From Felis catus (Eukaryota): a DNA stretch of 64,000 nt. Of this stretch, positions 1 to 13,829 are shown one piece after another; position 1 is the first letter of the stretch; each line of letters opens with the position of its first letter. The position numbers were made by a program, and so were the translations under genes. The notes under the pieces were generated by a model that had not been told where the DNA came from, searched no databases, and saw only the letters and a list, made by a program, of their open reading frames with translations. The stretch lies in the NCBI RefSeq assembly GCF_018350175.1, contig NC_058368.1, positions 67,024,001 through 67,088,000 on the forward strand, read 5' to 3'.

Positions 1-1249
1 GTGTATATGTAACACAGAGAAGAGCATCAATAGTCCTCCTGGCAGGCATGTAGAATTCCCTTCCAGTTGTAGAGAGATTAAACTTAATACCTAGGAGATG
101 GGAGAATCGTACTCTCTAGGCCTGAGCTCCGCTGTCATACAAATCACCAGCAACCAAAGCAAAACAAACCTATTCAGATATGTATTCCGAGACAGCACTG
201 CGGTGTGAGGAAAGGGTGTGAACCCCTGTTCCCACGTTGGGCATGGCCCATCTTAGAGGAAAATGAAATCCAGTTATCCCTTGAAGGGTCTTACCCTTCT
301 ATGACATATGAGAGTCTCTGGTTCAGAGAAGAAAATACATGAAGTTCTGAAATAAGCAAATACACTGGCATCTGAAAGCAAAGAACAAAGGTATCTGCTT
401 ATCTCAGAAGACCACGGGCAGGTTAATCTATGTATCACAGTATTCATGAGGCATATTCATGAGGCAAAGACAGAAGAAAAATAATCAAAGATGGGTCTTT
501 TTTATAACTACGAAATGTTAAATTAAGATCTCATTTAAGGGAGTGAGAAGGAACTAGCTGAGGAAAAGGATACAGAATAAACACTTTAAAGTAATAGAAG
601 TTATTAAAATGATTAAGTATCTCTCAAGGCTTATCAAATATACCAAGGATGAACAGAACTGTCAGAAAGGAGTCGAACACCCTTGGCACTCACCACTTTA
701 TCCCTTCAAACAAAGCTAAGCAACTGCCTTCCAGCTCCTATCTCTTCCTGAGCTCAGGCTCAGGTCCCACATGGGCACTCACTTCCAGAAGCATTTCCTG
801 CTCCACCACCCACAGGAGCCTCTTCCTCTCTGATGGAGGGTCACTTCCTGAAAGCTCAGGTGAGCTCCTGGACCTAACAGCTTGCTTCCCGGGACTTCCT
901 CTGAGGCACTCGGCAAAATTAGCATTCCAAACTCAGCCAAGGATGAATTTTTGGACAGCTCCCTCTCCTGGGGGTGGGGGTTGGGGAGGGCTGGAGGAGA
1001 GCCATGATGGCAGGGCCTCACGCCTACTCGCCTCTGTATCTCAAGACCTCGACTCTAACCCCTGGTTATCAGTGGGATGGGGGGGATGTTGGGATGAAGA
1101 GATACACTACCCCCCAAAGCACCCACATAAGCCATAAAACCCAAACAACCTAGCAACACTGAGCAAACGCCTTCAAAAACAGCTTGCTCTTATGTCAACT
1201 TCCTCTCCTCTGACTTACAGCCTTTGCAATCTGGCCTCCTTCTATCCTG

Positions 1250-1660
1250 AACCTTCTCCAGCTGCTCCTTGGACTCCTAATCGTCAAATCCAACTGACTG
1301 CTTTCTGCTTCCTCACCTCCTCCTTTGCACTGAACACACCTGTCTTCTTTTGGCTTTCCAGCACCAATTTTCCTCCTTTCTCCCTCACTGTTCATTCTGT
1401 GTCTCGCCTGTCTGCCTTCTCTTCTCTGCCTTTCTCTTTAAGTATTAAGGTTTCCGTAAGGTTCTGGTCTTGGCCCCTCAAAATGCTTCACTCCCTCTGG
1501 GCAATCTTATCCACCCCCCCCCCACCCCCACCCATCAATGACCTGCTCAGAGAAGAATACACCGGCTCTATGCTCATGCCAGGTCTTAAACACCAGGCTC
1601 ACACCCCCAACTACCTGCAGGATGCCCCCACCTGGATGTCCCAGAACTCTTCCTAAGATA
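1250..1660 (+). mobile_element. Degenerate L2 LINE fragment
   Basis: Pyrimidine-rich; remnant of the RT motif GVPQGSVLGP reads P*GSGLGP near 1452-1478; 'cacctggatgtcc' is typical of L2. Confidence 0.65.
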
Positions 1661-1831
1661 AGTGAACTGAAAATTGCAGACAAGGACTGGAAATCAGACC
1701 GGTCTCACACTAGAGCTTTATCCTCTCTCCTACACAGTCTCCCTCCTTTTATAAGGTCACACAGCGTTGTAACTGCTGACCTTCAGTCTCTCCCAAGAGA
1801 ATGTGCCTCATGGAAGACAGGAATTAAACGT

Positions 1832-2040
1832 TTGTTTTTTTTTTTTTTGAAGTTTTATTTTTGAGAGAGAGCAAGAGTGAGCAAGCGGGGGTGGGGGGGA
1901 GGGGGGCAAAGGGAGAGGGGGACAGAGGATCTGAAGTGGGCTCCATGTTCACAGCAGAGAGCATGATGTGGGGTTCGAACTCACGAAGGTCATGACCTGA
2001 GCCGAAGTTGGACGTTTAACTAAGCCACTCAGGTGACCCT
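1832..2040 (-). mobile_element. CAN-SINE
   Basis: T-run, (GA)n, reverse tRNA-like head; TSD ggaagacaggaattaaa / ggaggacaggaattaaa. Confidence 0.9.
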
Positions 2041-2502
2041 GGAGGACAGGAATTAAATGTCATTCAGTTCCACAACCAAGCCCAGCAGGTGCATGGCATG
2101 TTGAACATGGGAAGTGCTGGCCAAATGAAGGCAGACACAGATTCCATCTCTGTCAGCACATGGTAGGAGCTCAATAAAAGATGGGGTGGAGAAAACAAAA
2201 AGGAAGACATGTTACAGGAATGAGAAAATATGGTAGAATTACAAATCTGCACACCACAGACACATAGTAAGAAACAATGTTTCCCTTTTGGGACAAACAG
2301 TCAAGATTCTCCATTATGTATCTAGTTGCACATATGTTCACAAAACAACAGATGTGCACAAATATTACACCTGTGTATTCAAAATCATTAAAAATTAATT
2401 TGTCATTAATTAAAACTTAAATGTTATTAGAATATTAAAAATATTACATATTTTCTTGGTACCTTTATTAATTAATCATTGTTTTAAGAAAATTAAAGAC
2501 TA

Positions 2503-2735
2503 GGGGCACCTGGGTGGCTCAGTCAGTTGAGCATCCAACTCTTGATTTCAGCTCAAGTCATGATCCCAAGGTCATGGGACTTAGCCCTACATCAGGCTCT
2601 GTGCTGAGTGTGGAGCCTGCTGAAGATTCTCTCCCTCTCTCCCATTCTCTCTCTCTCTCTCTCTCTCTCTCATTCCATCCCTCTGCCCTGCCTCCAGTTT
2701 GCATTCTCTAATAAAAAAAAAGAAAGAAAGAAGAA
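2503..2735 (+). mobile_element. CAN-SINE
   Basis: ggggcacctgggtggctcagtcagttgagc head, (CT)n, A-tail; TSD aagaaaattaaagactag. Confidence 0.92.
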
Positions 2736-5700
2736 AGAAAATTAAAGACTAGATTTATGCTGCTGGTATTTGTACTATGGCATTAGGAAGTCAGCCAAAC
2801 ACTCAAAAATGGACATTTTAATCACTACCTCTATGCTTTTGTTTACCCAAATACATCACGTTTTGAAGGCCAAAGTCTTATTCATCATTGATTTGTCATG
2901 TTTGAGGTCTAGATGAAGATCTTGACACTATTTGTATTTTGATCCCTATTTTTGTAAAGACATTTAGTTTTAACATGTGAAGAACTATATCTGGCTTGAT
3001 AGATTACTTGGTTTTAAAAATATCGTTAATACTCAAAGCTGTTACAATTTTCATGAAAGCAAATAAACAAAACGTGTCTGAACAACACTGGTAAGCCAGA
3101 TGTGCCCTGCCAGCCATTGGCTAACTTATCTGATAAGCCCAGGGCAACCCTGAGGTAACCTGCAGACTGCTGTTATTTTGGATTGTAGGAATCATTTATT
3201 TCCTACAATGTACTCAGAAATTTCCCTCACTTCTGGCCCAGCCTTCCAAAATAGAAGGTCGACAATCGAACTTTCTTCATTCACTACCATTCCGTGCCCA
3301 GGTCAGTCGGGCTCCCAAATCCCGCACAGGAGCCCCACTCTAACACAGGACAACAGGAAATGACATACAATTTCAAAATCCAAGGTGTCACAGTCTCCCA
3401 CGAGCTGGGTTAGGAACAGCTAACTATCCAAACAAAACAAAAAATAAAAAAACAAACAAAACCCTACAAATATTTACACAAATATAAATCTTTTGTTGAA
3501 GTTCAAGGTACAAAGTTAGGAAAATAAGCTCTACCTGGTCAGCAAATGTACTCAGGTTTTAAACAGAATTGTCTTATCTCAGGGTAATAAAATCTGCCCC
3601 TGATTTCTGACCTGCTTCTACAGAGTATTACTGACTCCAGCCACCACGGCTCAAATGGAAGGTTCTGTTCTCCCGTCTCTCCCCAGTTTCTCAGCATCAG
3701 ACTCCACTGGAAAAACAATGAAGTTCTAACCCAATGGTTCACATTTCTGAACTCTTGCTTACAAAACCAACAAAACTATCATTGTCTTACAGAAAAAGCA
3801 ATCAAACATGCGTAATAGGGATTAAAAAGCTCACATGGATAACTGTAATCACATTATGTCTATATCGATTTGATTTTAACTCTCCAAAAAATGCATGATC
3901 ATATACGTATCTTTAGTAAGGGGGAAACACACACACACACTGCACAAGACAGTCTTAATCTGAATATTCTGATAAGTGGAAAGCTTAACTCCCTATTCAG
4001 GAAGGTATCTCAGTTTTAGATTTCAGTTTGCGGTTCTATTCGTTACTATGTAAATCCTTCCAAGTTCTTTCTGGCTCGGGAATACCTGATGTAGAGGATA
4101 TGCAGACTGGGAAGGCCCACATCTCCTGCAAGATAATACCAAGGGGAACTTCTTGACAAGGAAATTCCCAGTCCTTTTAAGACTCAACCGTTTCAATTAA
4201 ACTCACCTGTTACATTCGGAAAGACTCAGGATCTGTGAGCTTCTGTGAGCTTCCCCGGGGCTGCCAGAGTCAGAACATTTTTACCCAAAGAACCAGATGT
4301 GAGACATTAAAACGGGGCGGGCTTCCTGATGCCAGGAGCTGATTCTGCTACTGACATCAGAAACAAAGGCAACAAGGCAACGTTCTAGTATCTCAGTTCC
4401 GAAAGAGGCTAACGAAACGCTTTAGAAGAGTTTCTAAAGAGGTCTGAAAGTTGTTTCCCTTTTAGATTCCCATGCAATTGGGAAGGTGCCGCTTGTTCAC
4501 ACAGGTAATATTCGCGATAACCTGTATGTTTTCCCTAATACTTAAAACTTTTAAATTTCTCAGAGGACTGAGTCAACGTAGGTAAAATTTCCTTTAAAAA
4601 ACTCTCACCCACCTGAGAAAGGCCAAAAACCAGATAAACTACTTAAGCAACGCCACGAGGTGAGTCAAACTGATTGTCATTTTGACCTTGCTTTGCTTTA
4701 ATTCAGGAGCCTATTTAGAAATGTAACAAGCAACCCTCTTCATTCGGCTCAGCTAGCAGAGCTAATAGGCTTCTAATTAATTTCCAGAAGATTGCTGTTA
4801 TAACTAACAGGTTTTAAACATTTGGTTGATTGGGGAAAATGAATTGAATATAATGTATTTGATTTGGAAAATTAGTTTTCATTCTATGTGCTTACCCTAA
4901 TAGTGTTTATTTTAACTTTACATGATTCCATTAAGAGTCTCAGAACACCACTGGGTTGTTTTTATCCTTACGGAGTCCTAACCAACTTAAAAAAAAAAAA
5001 AAGTAATCAATTTACATTTTGATTTTTGTTGGCCTTTATTTGAGGGCAGGTTAAATTCATTTTTGTGGCTTTAATAAAAAAAAAAAAATCTTCGCTTGCT
5101 AATATAGCAAAGGGCCCAAATACTTCAAAATGATCCTAGTGATACCTCAGTCAAAAGTCTGCTCATCGCATGCAAATCCTTTGGAGAAAGGCCTCTGCAC
5201 ACAAAGTAAGATGAACCAGTTACTGCATTGTTTATGAAGTTTCCCTTGATTCCTCCTGACAACCATTTAAACAATGAATGTTGGGAAATGTCCCTCAAAG
5301 AATCAACAACAATGGCAGGGATCAGAGCTTTTATATTTAGCTAATACTATTTTTAAAAGGAGAAAATATTTCTTCCTGAAGGGATTATGGGAAGCCTTAT
5401 TAAAGACACCTGCAAACAAAACAAGTGACAATAGATCTTTATCATAATTGATAACTGAGTTATCCTTTAGACAAAACTCCTTTCTTGGAGACAATAACAT
5501 CGAGATTTACCTCTGCTATTAGAGTCAAGAAATCAGCTAATCGGGACTACTGGTATTCCACCAGGATAAGTCTCACCAAGATTAAGTGAGCAGATAATAA
5601 AAAGGCCCTTGTCTCTCTGGTTAAAGAGAAGTACAACGAGATTAGAATTTTCTGAGGCTGCTCAGAATGTTTTATAATGAACTCAGGTGGCATCGATCCC

Positions 5701-7246
5701 TGTGTCTCCATACATCATTCAGAAAGAGGTGGGTGACTCTAATTATGAGGACCAACTATGTGCTGAGCACGCAGTGGGACAGCCCACTTTTACAAACTTG
5801 GCCTCTGCCTAACTTGCACTTGCAAAGAAACAGAATCTTTCCCCAGATCTTCTCAAAGCAATAAACAATCTCTGTCAAAATGTGACTCTGTTTTAGTGAA
5901 AGATTGCTTCTTGGGGATAAATTACACAGCAAAACCCAGCAGGGCACATCTATACAATAAGCTTGCAGAAGAGGGAAGGAAAAATCAGAGATCTTCGCAG
6001 TAAAAGTACTCTGCCTCGGAGTCTCCTTTCTTCACGCCAGTAACAGCGCACGTCTTTCCTCGTTGGCTACACTGTTTGCAGGCCACACATTTCCCCTGTG
6101 ACTCACAGAAATGCCTGTGGTCATTTCGGGCCTATTACTGATTTTTATGACATAGCTAATTTTCCAAATTAAGTAATTCTGGCTTTTATAACAATGGCTC
6201 CAGAAAAATCCCTAAGTTTTGACTGGAAGCGTATCTGGGCATTGAAAAAAAAGTGTGGGGAAGGGGGGACAGTTGGGGGGAGGAGGAACCATCAGGATGA
6301 AGCGATAATTGCAGACCTCAGTGGTAGCATTTCTACTTCCTGGCCTTACAATGAGCTCATGATTAGACCACTGAGGAGAGTGAAACACAAGATCATGAAA
6401 TATTAGCAACAGCAGCAGCGATTTTAGAAAATGTGCATGCAGTTGTTGATAAATGCACTTCATTTAAAAAAAAAACCAAAAAACAAAAAACAAAACCCTT
6501 GGAAATGAAGAAGAAAGTCCCCTGGCCTGAATCACTGAAAAGTAGACAGAATTAAACAGCAGGAAAAGCATCCCATGTGTGCAGCAATACTGAGCAAGCA
6601 GATGAGGCATGAGATGACCCAACATACTTCTTCAGAACCTCAAGTTCACAGACAAAACAAATGCTGTAGAGAAGGTATTTGCAGGATTGCTGGGTTTAAA
6701 ACACACACAGATACATACACACCTTAAGACTTAGCACAATCAGCGTGTGAAAGAAAAGCTGCCTAGAAAAACAAGAAAGACATTTTCTGAGATGACTCTG
6801 ATCCTGTACTCAAATTATTGGCTTAAATGTACTTGCCTTTAAAGGCTTTGTATCTACAATAACTGCTCTCTATTGTCCTTGCTAACGAAGTATTATTTTC
6901 ACCTTATTATTACTAATCTTTTCTTTGTCAGTAACCACACCTGGTTTTATCCCCCCAAAACGGTGCAGTAAATATTTGTCCTTTGTGGTAACACAATGCA
7001 TAATTTAGTTAATCTAGGCTATCTTTCCGTGCGAGGTGACTGTTTCTATATTATGAAATGTGTTCACGGTCGAGTGAGATCCATGCCAGATGCCTGGAAG
7101 GCAGACGGAGAGCCGCTTACCAAGCTTGTAGCTGCTTCGAACCCACCTTGACATGACTCTGTAGCCGCTCCTACACCCGGGGTATTACTCATGTGAACTT
7201 GGCCTCCGAATCAGACCACACCTTCCTCTTACCGCCACGGCCTTTA

Positions 7247-7516
<270 letters not shown>

Positions 7517-8252
7517 TCAAAACATTTGAAACGTATATGTATTTAATGTATCACGCGTTCATACGAAATAAGCCGATGTCAGCGGTGAAGAAAAAGAAAA
7601 CAGGATGATACCCAAAGAGAAACAAAAATACCGCCAACGGCAGTGGGCAGAGAGTTGAAATTTGGCCGACTTTTGATAAAATGGAGGTGAAAAAAACGTT
7701 ACAGCGGTACAGGGAAGGGTTGGTGGATTTTAGAACATTCCCTCCTTTTAGATGCCATCTAGGATGCCCATTCAGGGGCTGAGTTGGTAAATAAACAATT
7801 GCAAAATACATAAACTGACCCCCAATTGTTATACTAATTTTGCTTTAGTAATCAGAATTTCGCTAAGTGGTATTTTTTAAACAGATGTAATTATAACCTC
7901 TCCTCCCCCCCCCCCCCCAGGATGGTTCACAGCATCTCACATTTTGGCAAATGTTGGAATCCTGCCATTCCCCAGTTGTGAGTTTTCTACTAGGATTATA
8001 AGTCGCTTTTTTCTGCGGTACACCAAGTGTGACACAGACTCATTCTTAGATTTCCAACACAACCAGAGGAACGTAGGCAGGAAAGAAGAAATATTACTTA
8101 ATGATTAAAGGTGGTTTCTTATTACTCATTGTATATCCCTTCTCAGAATCCACGAGAACAGGACATCCTAAAGGCTTGAGAACTGGAATGTGAGAACAAA
8201 CTTTCAATAAATATCTAGTCTTTTAAATGATAAGATTTTAAAGAAATGGAAG

Positions 8253-8254
<2 letters not shown>

Positions 8255-8297
<43 letters not shown>
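8255..8297. repeat. (CA)n microsatellite
   Basis: Perfect AC dinucleotide run. Confidence 0.95.
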
Positions 8298-8298
<1 letters not shown>

Positions 8299-8649
8299 CA
8301 CCTATTTTGGTGTAAGCAATTCCTGAGAAATGCGTTTGTCTAGGTCCCTGAACTTCTTTTGTACTGGAGGCTTCAGGAAGCCAGCCTGCAGGGGAGATTT
8401 GTCAGAAGTGACTTCCTCCGGGCCCTTCATACTAAGCTACAACTGGACGCTGAAGGGCCAGAGGCTGGCAGCCGAGCCTCCACTGCCAGGAAGCAGGGAA
8501 GCCCAGGGTCACTCAAGCAAAGAGCTGGAACAACTGAAGGCTTCACTAGGCCACCGTGACACTCCCAGGTCTCCATTTTCCTGACTCAGGTGTAGGCAAT
8601 ACAGACTCCAGAAAACAGCTTCTTATAGTGACACTTTTGGTAGGCTGGG

Positions 8650-8770
8650 TGACAGCTTTTCTGAGCCTCTAATAATACCTCCTTGAGAGGGTGATTCTGA
8701 GGATTAAATGGGCTCATGCACGTGAAAGAACCTAGTCGCAATGCCAGGTACATTATCAGGTGCTCAAAAC
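8650..8770 (+). mobile_element. MIR fragment
   Basis: aataatacctcc..gagggtgattctgaggattaaatg..cctagtcgcaatgccaggtaca resembles the MIR 3' half. Confidence 0.7.
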
Positions 8771-9247
8771 CAAACGCCAAGGTAAGAGAATTGCTGTTAC
8801 CCACAGGATCTGCAGCTAGTCTCCTGAGAAAGTCTGACAATCAGGTCAACCTGTTAAAATGCACATTCAGTAGCTTCAGGCTGGAGCTGAAGATTCTGCG
8901 TTTCTAGCTCACTTGGCGGGGTGGGGGGAACGCCCTTGCTGCTGCTCTCCAGACTACACTTTGAGGGGCCAAAGGTTAAGTGGTTGTTTGACCAGTTGTG
9001 CTTTAGAAACATTAAAATTAGACGGGCAATTTCCCACATATTCTTACAGATTTTGTGGACTACCTAGTTACTTTTTAACTTCCCAAAGTATCAATACCAA
9101 GATAAGAAAAACATGCGTCTAAAAACGCTAAAAGACACAGTTTAAAACACTGGTCATTTCTTCAAAGGAAAAGTACCGCTTTTCAACATAGTCAGGACTC
9201 AGAACACTGCAAAAGTATGGTTCAGCTTAAAAAATACTGAAACCAAT

Positions 9248-9464
9248 GGGGCGCCTGGGTGGCTCAGTCGGTTGAGCGTCCGGCTTCGGCTCAGGTCACG
9301 ATCTCGAGGTCCGTGAGTTCGAGCCCCACGTCGGGCTCTGTGCTGATGGCTCAGAGCCTGGAGCCTGTTTCGGATTCTTTGTCTCCCTCTCTCTCTGCCC
9401 CTCCCCTGTTCATGCTCTGTCTCTGTCTCAAAAATAAACGTTAAAAAAAAAAAATTTTTTTTTT
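9248..9464 (+). mobile_element. Feline-type CAN-SINE (SINEC_Fc-like)
   Basis: Intact A/B boxes, CpGs retained; perfect TSD aaatactgaaaccaat. Confidence 0.95.
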
Positions 9465-10566
9465 AAATACTGAAACCAATACGCAAGTTGTTGTTGTTGT
9501 TGTTTTTAAGATGAAAACGCAACAGAGATGAATGATATGTGAAAATCATCCCCTTTACCTTCTACCAGGAGCAGGAGTCTTAGCGTCTGAGAGAACCAGA
9601 TTGGCGCACAGCATAAAACACAAGGAGAACACAAACAACTGAGAAAAACCAACTCTCCCAACACAGCTACTACAATAAGTGAACTGAACTAGATGTCAAA
9701 GACTGTCAAAACCCTAAACTCTCATTCACCAGGAGGCAGAGTCCAGAAAATGTGAGATTAGAAGAGTCAATGAATTACTTCCTTGCTCCAAGAAACAATT
9801 AATGGGACGAATGGTGTTTGCAGACTATTTCATCTGGCCCTGCCATAGACTGTTACAGTCAGGGCTGTGATTTCAAGTTCATGGCCTCATAGTTCTAAAC
9901 TTTTCTCAAAGGTCCCCAAATCAAATCCGTATGATGAATTCCCTTCACACACATGCCATGCCTCTGCATCCAAATGGCATCTGGCCTGCTGGAACATCTC
10001 CAGGGATGTAGAGGGAAGGGGGATTCATGATAAGGAAGGGGAGCCCAATCCATTTTCAGATTCTGTTCTGTTAGGCAGGGCTTTCTTACATTAAACCGAA
10101 TCTTGCCTTCCTAGAACATGCAACCCTCTGCTTATTCTGCTCTTAGAACCACATGGAATGAATCTAATTTCTCTTGACATGACAGCCCTTCAAATGCTCG
10201 AAGAAAGTTACTCATATCCTTTCCAGAGTGAGTCCCCGGTGCCTCAATTAGCCCTCATACAGCACAGTGTCCTATCTTGGCCATCGTGTCCTGCCCAGAC
10301 TCAGATGGCCGGTCTCAGTGAATGCCTTGTGCCCGTGATTAAAATCAATAGCTCAGGCATCATTTGATTACCTTGGGGCAGACTCATAACACCATCTTCC
10401 CTACTCTGCACAGGATAAATAACCTATCTTGAGGCCAACAAGCACAGTCCATTCTGGTGGCCAGATCGCATTTTAGACTCACATATAATGAAAATCCACA
10501 TTGCACAGGTAAATTCGGGGGAACAACTGGGCAGTATGTATGAACAACTTTAAGAGTGCATCCCTT

Positions 10567-10780
10567 GCCTGGGTGGCTCTGTCGGTGAGACATCTGACTT
10601 CGGCTCAGGTCATGATCTCACGGTTTGTGGGTTCAAGCCCAACGTGAGGCTCTGTGCTGACAGCTCAGAGCCTGGATGGAGCCTACTTCAGAATCTGTGT
10701 CTCCCTCTGTCTCTGCCCCTCCCCTGCTTGCACTCTCTCTCTCTCTCTCTCAAAAATAAACATTAAAAAATTTTTTTTCT
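10567..10780 (+). mobile_element. CAN-SINE
   Basis: gcctgggtggctc head, gctgacagctcagagcctgga feline body, (CT)n, tail. Confidence 0.92.
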
Positions 10781-11337
10781 TTAAAGAATGGATCCCTTAT
10801 GACCTAGAAATTCCATTTCCAGGGAGTGAATAAAAAATGCATCGAATATGTTCAATGTGGGTTATTCAGCCAGTGAGACGTAGGAATTTGAACAGTAAGT
10901 CTGAAACAAGTGTTTAATGTATTATGTGCAATTTAAATTTTTTTTATCAGTGCTCTTTTTCTACAGTAACTATGTATGACTTGTGTAAGGAAGTAAGTTG
11001 GGGAGGGGAGAGAAAGGCTGGGAACAAAGGGCAGGGTGGGTAGAGACCTCCCTTGAAGTCCACACCACCAGAGAACCAACCAGGGTCCTCCTAACTGTTC
11101 TGTCCATAAGACAGGAGCTCAGGAAAGAGGTCATCAAACTTGTCCAAATACAAATTTTTAGCGATCTTATTTTAAGAATGGACTCTACAGTCTGAAGTGG
11201 AGTCAACCACCTATTAGTCAGTGGAGTTCTGACATCTCTGTCATACCCAGGATACCTCAGCCTCCTTATAACCAAACTATAATGTGAAACCTCGAAGCTC
11301 CCAGGTCTAATGTGGGCCCTATTCTTTTCATGTGTTC

Positions 11338-11528
11338 TTTTTAATTCTTTTTAATATTTATTTTTGAGAGACAAACAGCATGACTGGAAGGAGGGCAGGG
11401 CAAGAGGGAGGGAGACACAGAATCTGAAGCAGGCTCCAGGCTCCGAGCTGTCACCACAGAACCATGAACTGTGAGATCATGACCCAAGCTGAAGTTGGAT
11501 GCTTAAATGACTGAACCACACAGGCACT
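11338..11528 (-). mobile_element. CAN-SINE (internally deleted)
   Basis: gagacacagaatctgaagcaggctccaggctcc..gtgagatcatgacc. Confidence 0.88.
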
Positions 11529-11579
11529 TCTTTTTATTTTTTTAAACAAAAAAAGAAGGCATGTTTAGGTATCATAAAA

Positions 11580-11930
11580 TATTGAGATTTATTGAGGTAT
11601 ATATTTTACATCATATAATATTCACCCGTTTCAGGAATACAATTCAATGAATTTAAGTAATGTTACTGAGAAATACAACCATCGCCAAAGATTAGCTTGA
11701 AAACATTTTTGTTCCCCTAGTAAGATCCCTCATGCCATTTACAATGACTTCCTGTTCCCACCCCTAGCCTCAAGCAACAACTAATCTTTCTTTCTTTCTC
11801 TATAAATTTGCCTTTTGGGGACATTTCATACAAATGGAATCATACAGTATGTTGTCTCTTGTGTCTGAATTCTTTTACTGAGCCCAACATTTCTGGGTCC
11901 ATCCATGCTACACAGTATGTCAGTAGTTCC
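11580..11930 (-). mobile_element. Old L1 (L1M-type) 3' end, interrupted by a SINE
   Basis: tttattgaggtata..gacatttcatacaaatggaatcatacagtatg..tccatccatg, a typical reverse L1M 3' UTR. Confidence 0.85.
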
Positions 11931-11933
11931 CTC

Positions 11934-12141
11934 TTTTTTTTTTTTTTAATGTTTATTTTTGAGAGAGACCGAGAGATTGTGTGAAGGAGAGGCTGAGAGA
12001 GAGGGAGACAGAAGATCTGAAGCAGGCTCTGAACTAACAGCAAAGAGCTCGATGTGGGGCTCAAACCCACAAACTGCGAGATCGTGACCTGAGCCAAAAC
12101 CAGGAGTCAGGATGGTTAACCAACTGAGCCACCCAGGTGCC
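11934..12141 (-). mobile_element. CAN-SINE
   Basis: TSD tcagtagttcc on both sides. Confidence 0.93.
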
Positions 12142-13829
12142 TCAGTAGTTCCTTTCTTCTGATCTGTATTCTTTGGCACCGAAGTGGTCATGAACATTGG
12201 CACAGAAGGCCCCATCAGGCCATGCCACACCTGACCTAAAGGGTGAAAGTAGATGTGTTTCACGAGGAGCTCTTGGATATTTGGAACTTCTTTCCAGTGC
12301 TCATGTGTAGCTTCATGGAAAACTCTAGAACCTAATTATTTGGATAAAAATCGGCCACTGGTTGAATAGCCCTGCGGAGTCAGAAACGAGGAGCACTGGG
12401 TCTGGGCCGGCTTATGAGTGTGGTGGAGCGCAGAGGGCAGGGTGCGGAGGACAAGCAGAACCGCTGGCCGGTGAGAAGTGGAGCTAGCGCCTGCAAGCAG
12501 CCTGTGGCCAAGAGAGGCCACGGTCTCTCCAAAAGGGCAGAGAGAACGGACCCGTACCTGGCAGGTACAACGCATCGCGATGGGGTGGAGACGAGCGTTC
12601 GGTGGAGCCCAGAGATGGTCCCCGGGCTGAAAACTTGTGTGCGGCATGAGGGAGCAGGACGAGCATGGACTTTCTGCATCATTCTGCACAAACCAGTGCA
12701 GCCGAGACAGCATAAGAACAGGAGTGGGAACTAAGGAAGTTTGGGAACTCAATGTTTCCATCACCTCTGGTGTCAGAACAGGTCGTCGACACGGCGGCTG
12801 CTGCAGGAATGGCCTGAAGCGCAGCAGGAATCAAGAAGCCGTCAGCGGGAAACACGCAAAGTGCTTGTCCTCTGACACCCGGTAGCCACCGGTCTTTAAG
12901 CAAGTCCTGCGGTGCCCGCTTACACACGACCCCTCATCTGTGAACAGGAGATGAGAATACTTGCCTCCACCACACCACAGGATAAACGAGACTGCGCTTG
13001 TGAAGGTGCCCTCTCAATTGTGATGTGGCAGGGTGTTGTCCGCGTTATCAACAGGGGATTTTACAGCTTTTAGGAGGCACGAAAGGTCACCAGGGCTAGT
13101 AATTTCCAAACCACGTCTTGTCAAGAGCCTGAGATTGCACAGAGGTGCCTGGAAGAAGGAGGTGGCAGAGGAGGCGGAAGCCAACCTCACTCAGCTCCAG
13201 ACACCCCACCCTTCCCCAAGCTGCCCCTAAACAGGCTCCCTTCCATCATCTGGACACACAGACAGGGGCGGCCTTTGAAGAAAGGGTTTTGAAGCTAACA
13301 GAGACGTTCAAATCCCTACAGATGAAGCTCCTTGTGACAGAGAGGAGGACCCGCGGTCCAGCCTTGCTCAGGGTGACACAGTGATATTTCATAAGGGGCA
13401 GGTGTTCCTGCCAAGCCATCCTGGGATTTCCACACATCAGAAAAAGGAGACATGACAAAGTCTACTTTTTTCTAAGGACACAGCCATGGACCACCTTTCT
13501 CTTTTCCTGGTTCTCTTCCTAAACTCTACTCACTTTCCTTCTAATGACTTCCTGTTTGCTTATGCATATCAAATCTTATCTCCACTCCTGATCTTCCAGG
13601 GCTTCCTTGGGGCACTTGGGTGTCCTACAAAACATCTTAAATTCGACACATCTAAACTGAACAGAAGCCTTTGAGGTTGACCCACAAATCCCCACGTCCA
13701 ACTTTTCCAAATTTGCCTTAGACTTCTGCCCAAACACCAGCGTGAAAACTTTTAAGTCATTTTGACTTATCTCTACCTCACCTAAATTACTAGCAGGACC
13801 TAACTTTGCATTTAAAATAGTCCGATGGA

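Noticed and set aside
441..466. 13-bp tandem duplication tattcatgaggca x2
   Set aside because: Ordinary slippage duplication, only two units.
649..1656. Long + strand ORFs (162 aa, 154 aa)
   Set aside because: Low-complexity S/P/L/F composition, no recognisable domain, antisense to ABCC4; the second overlaps an L2 fossil.
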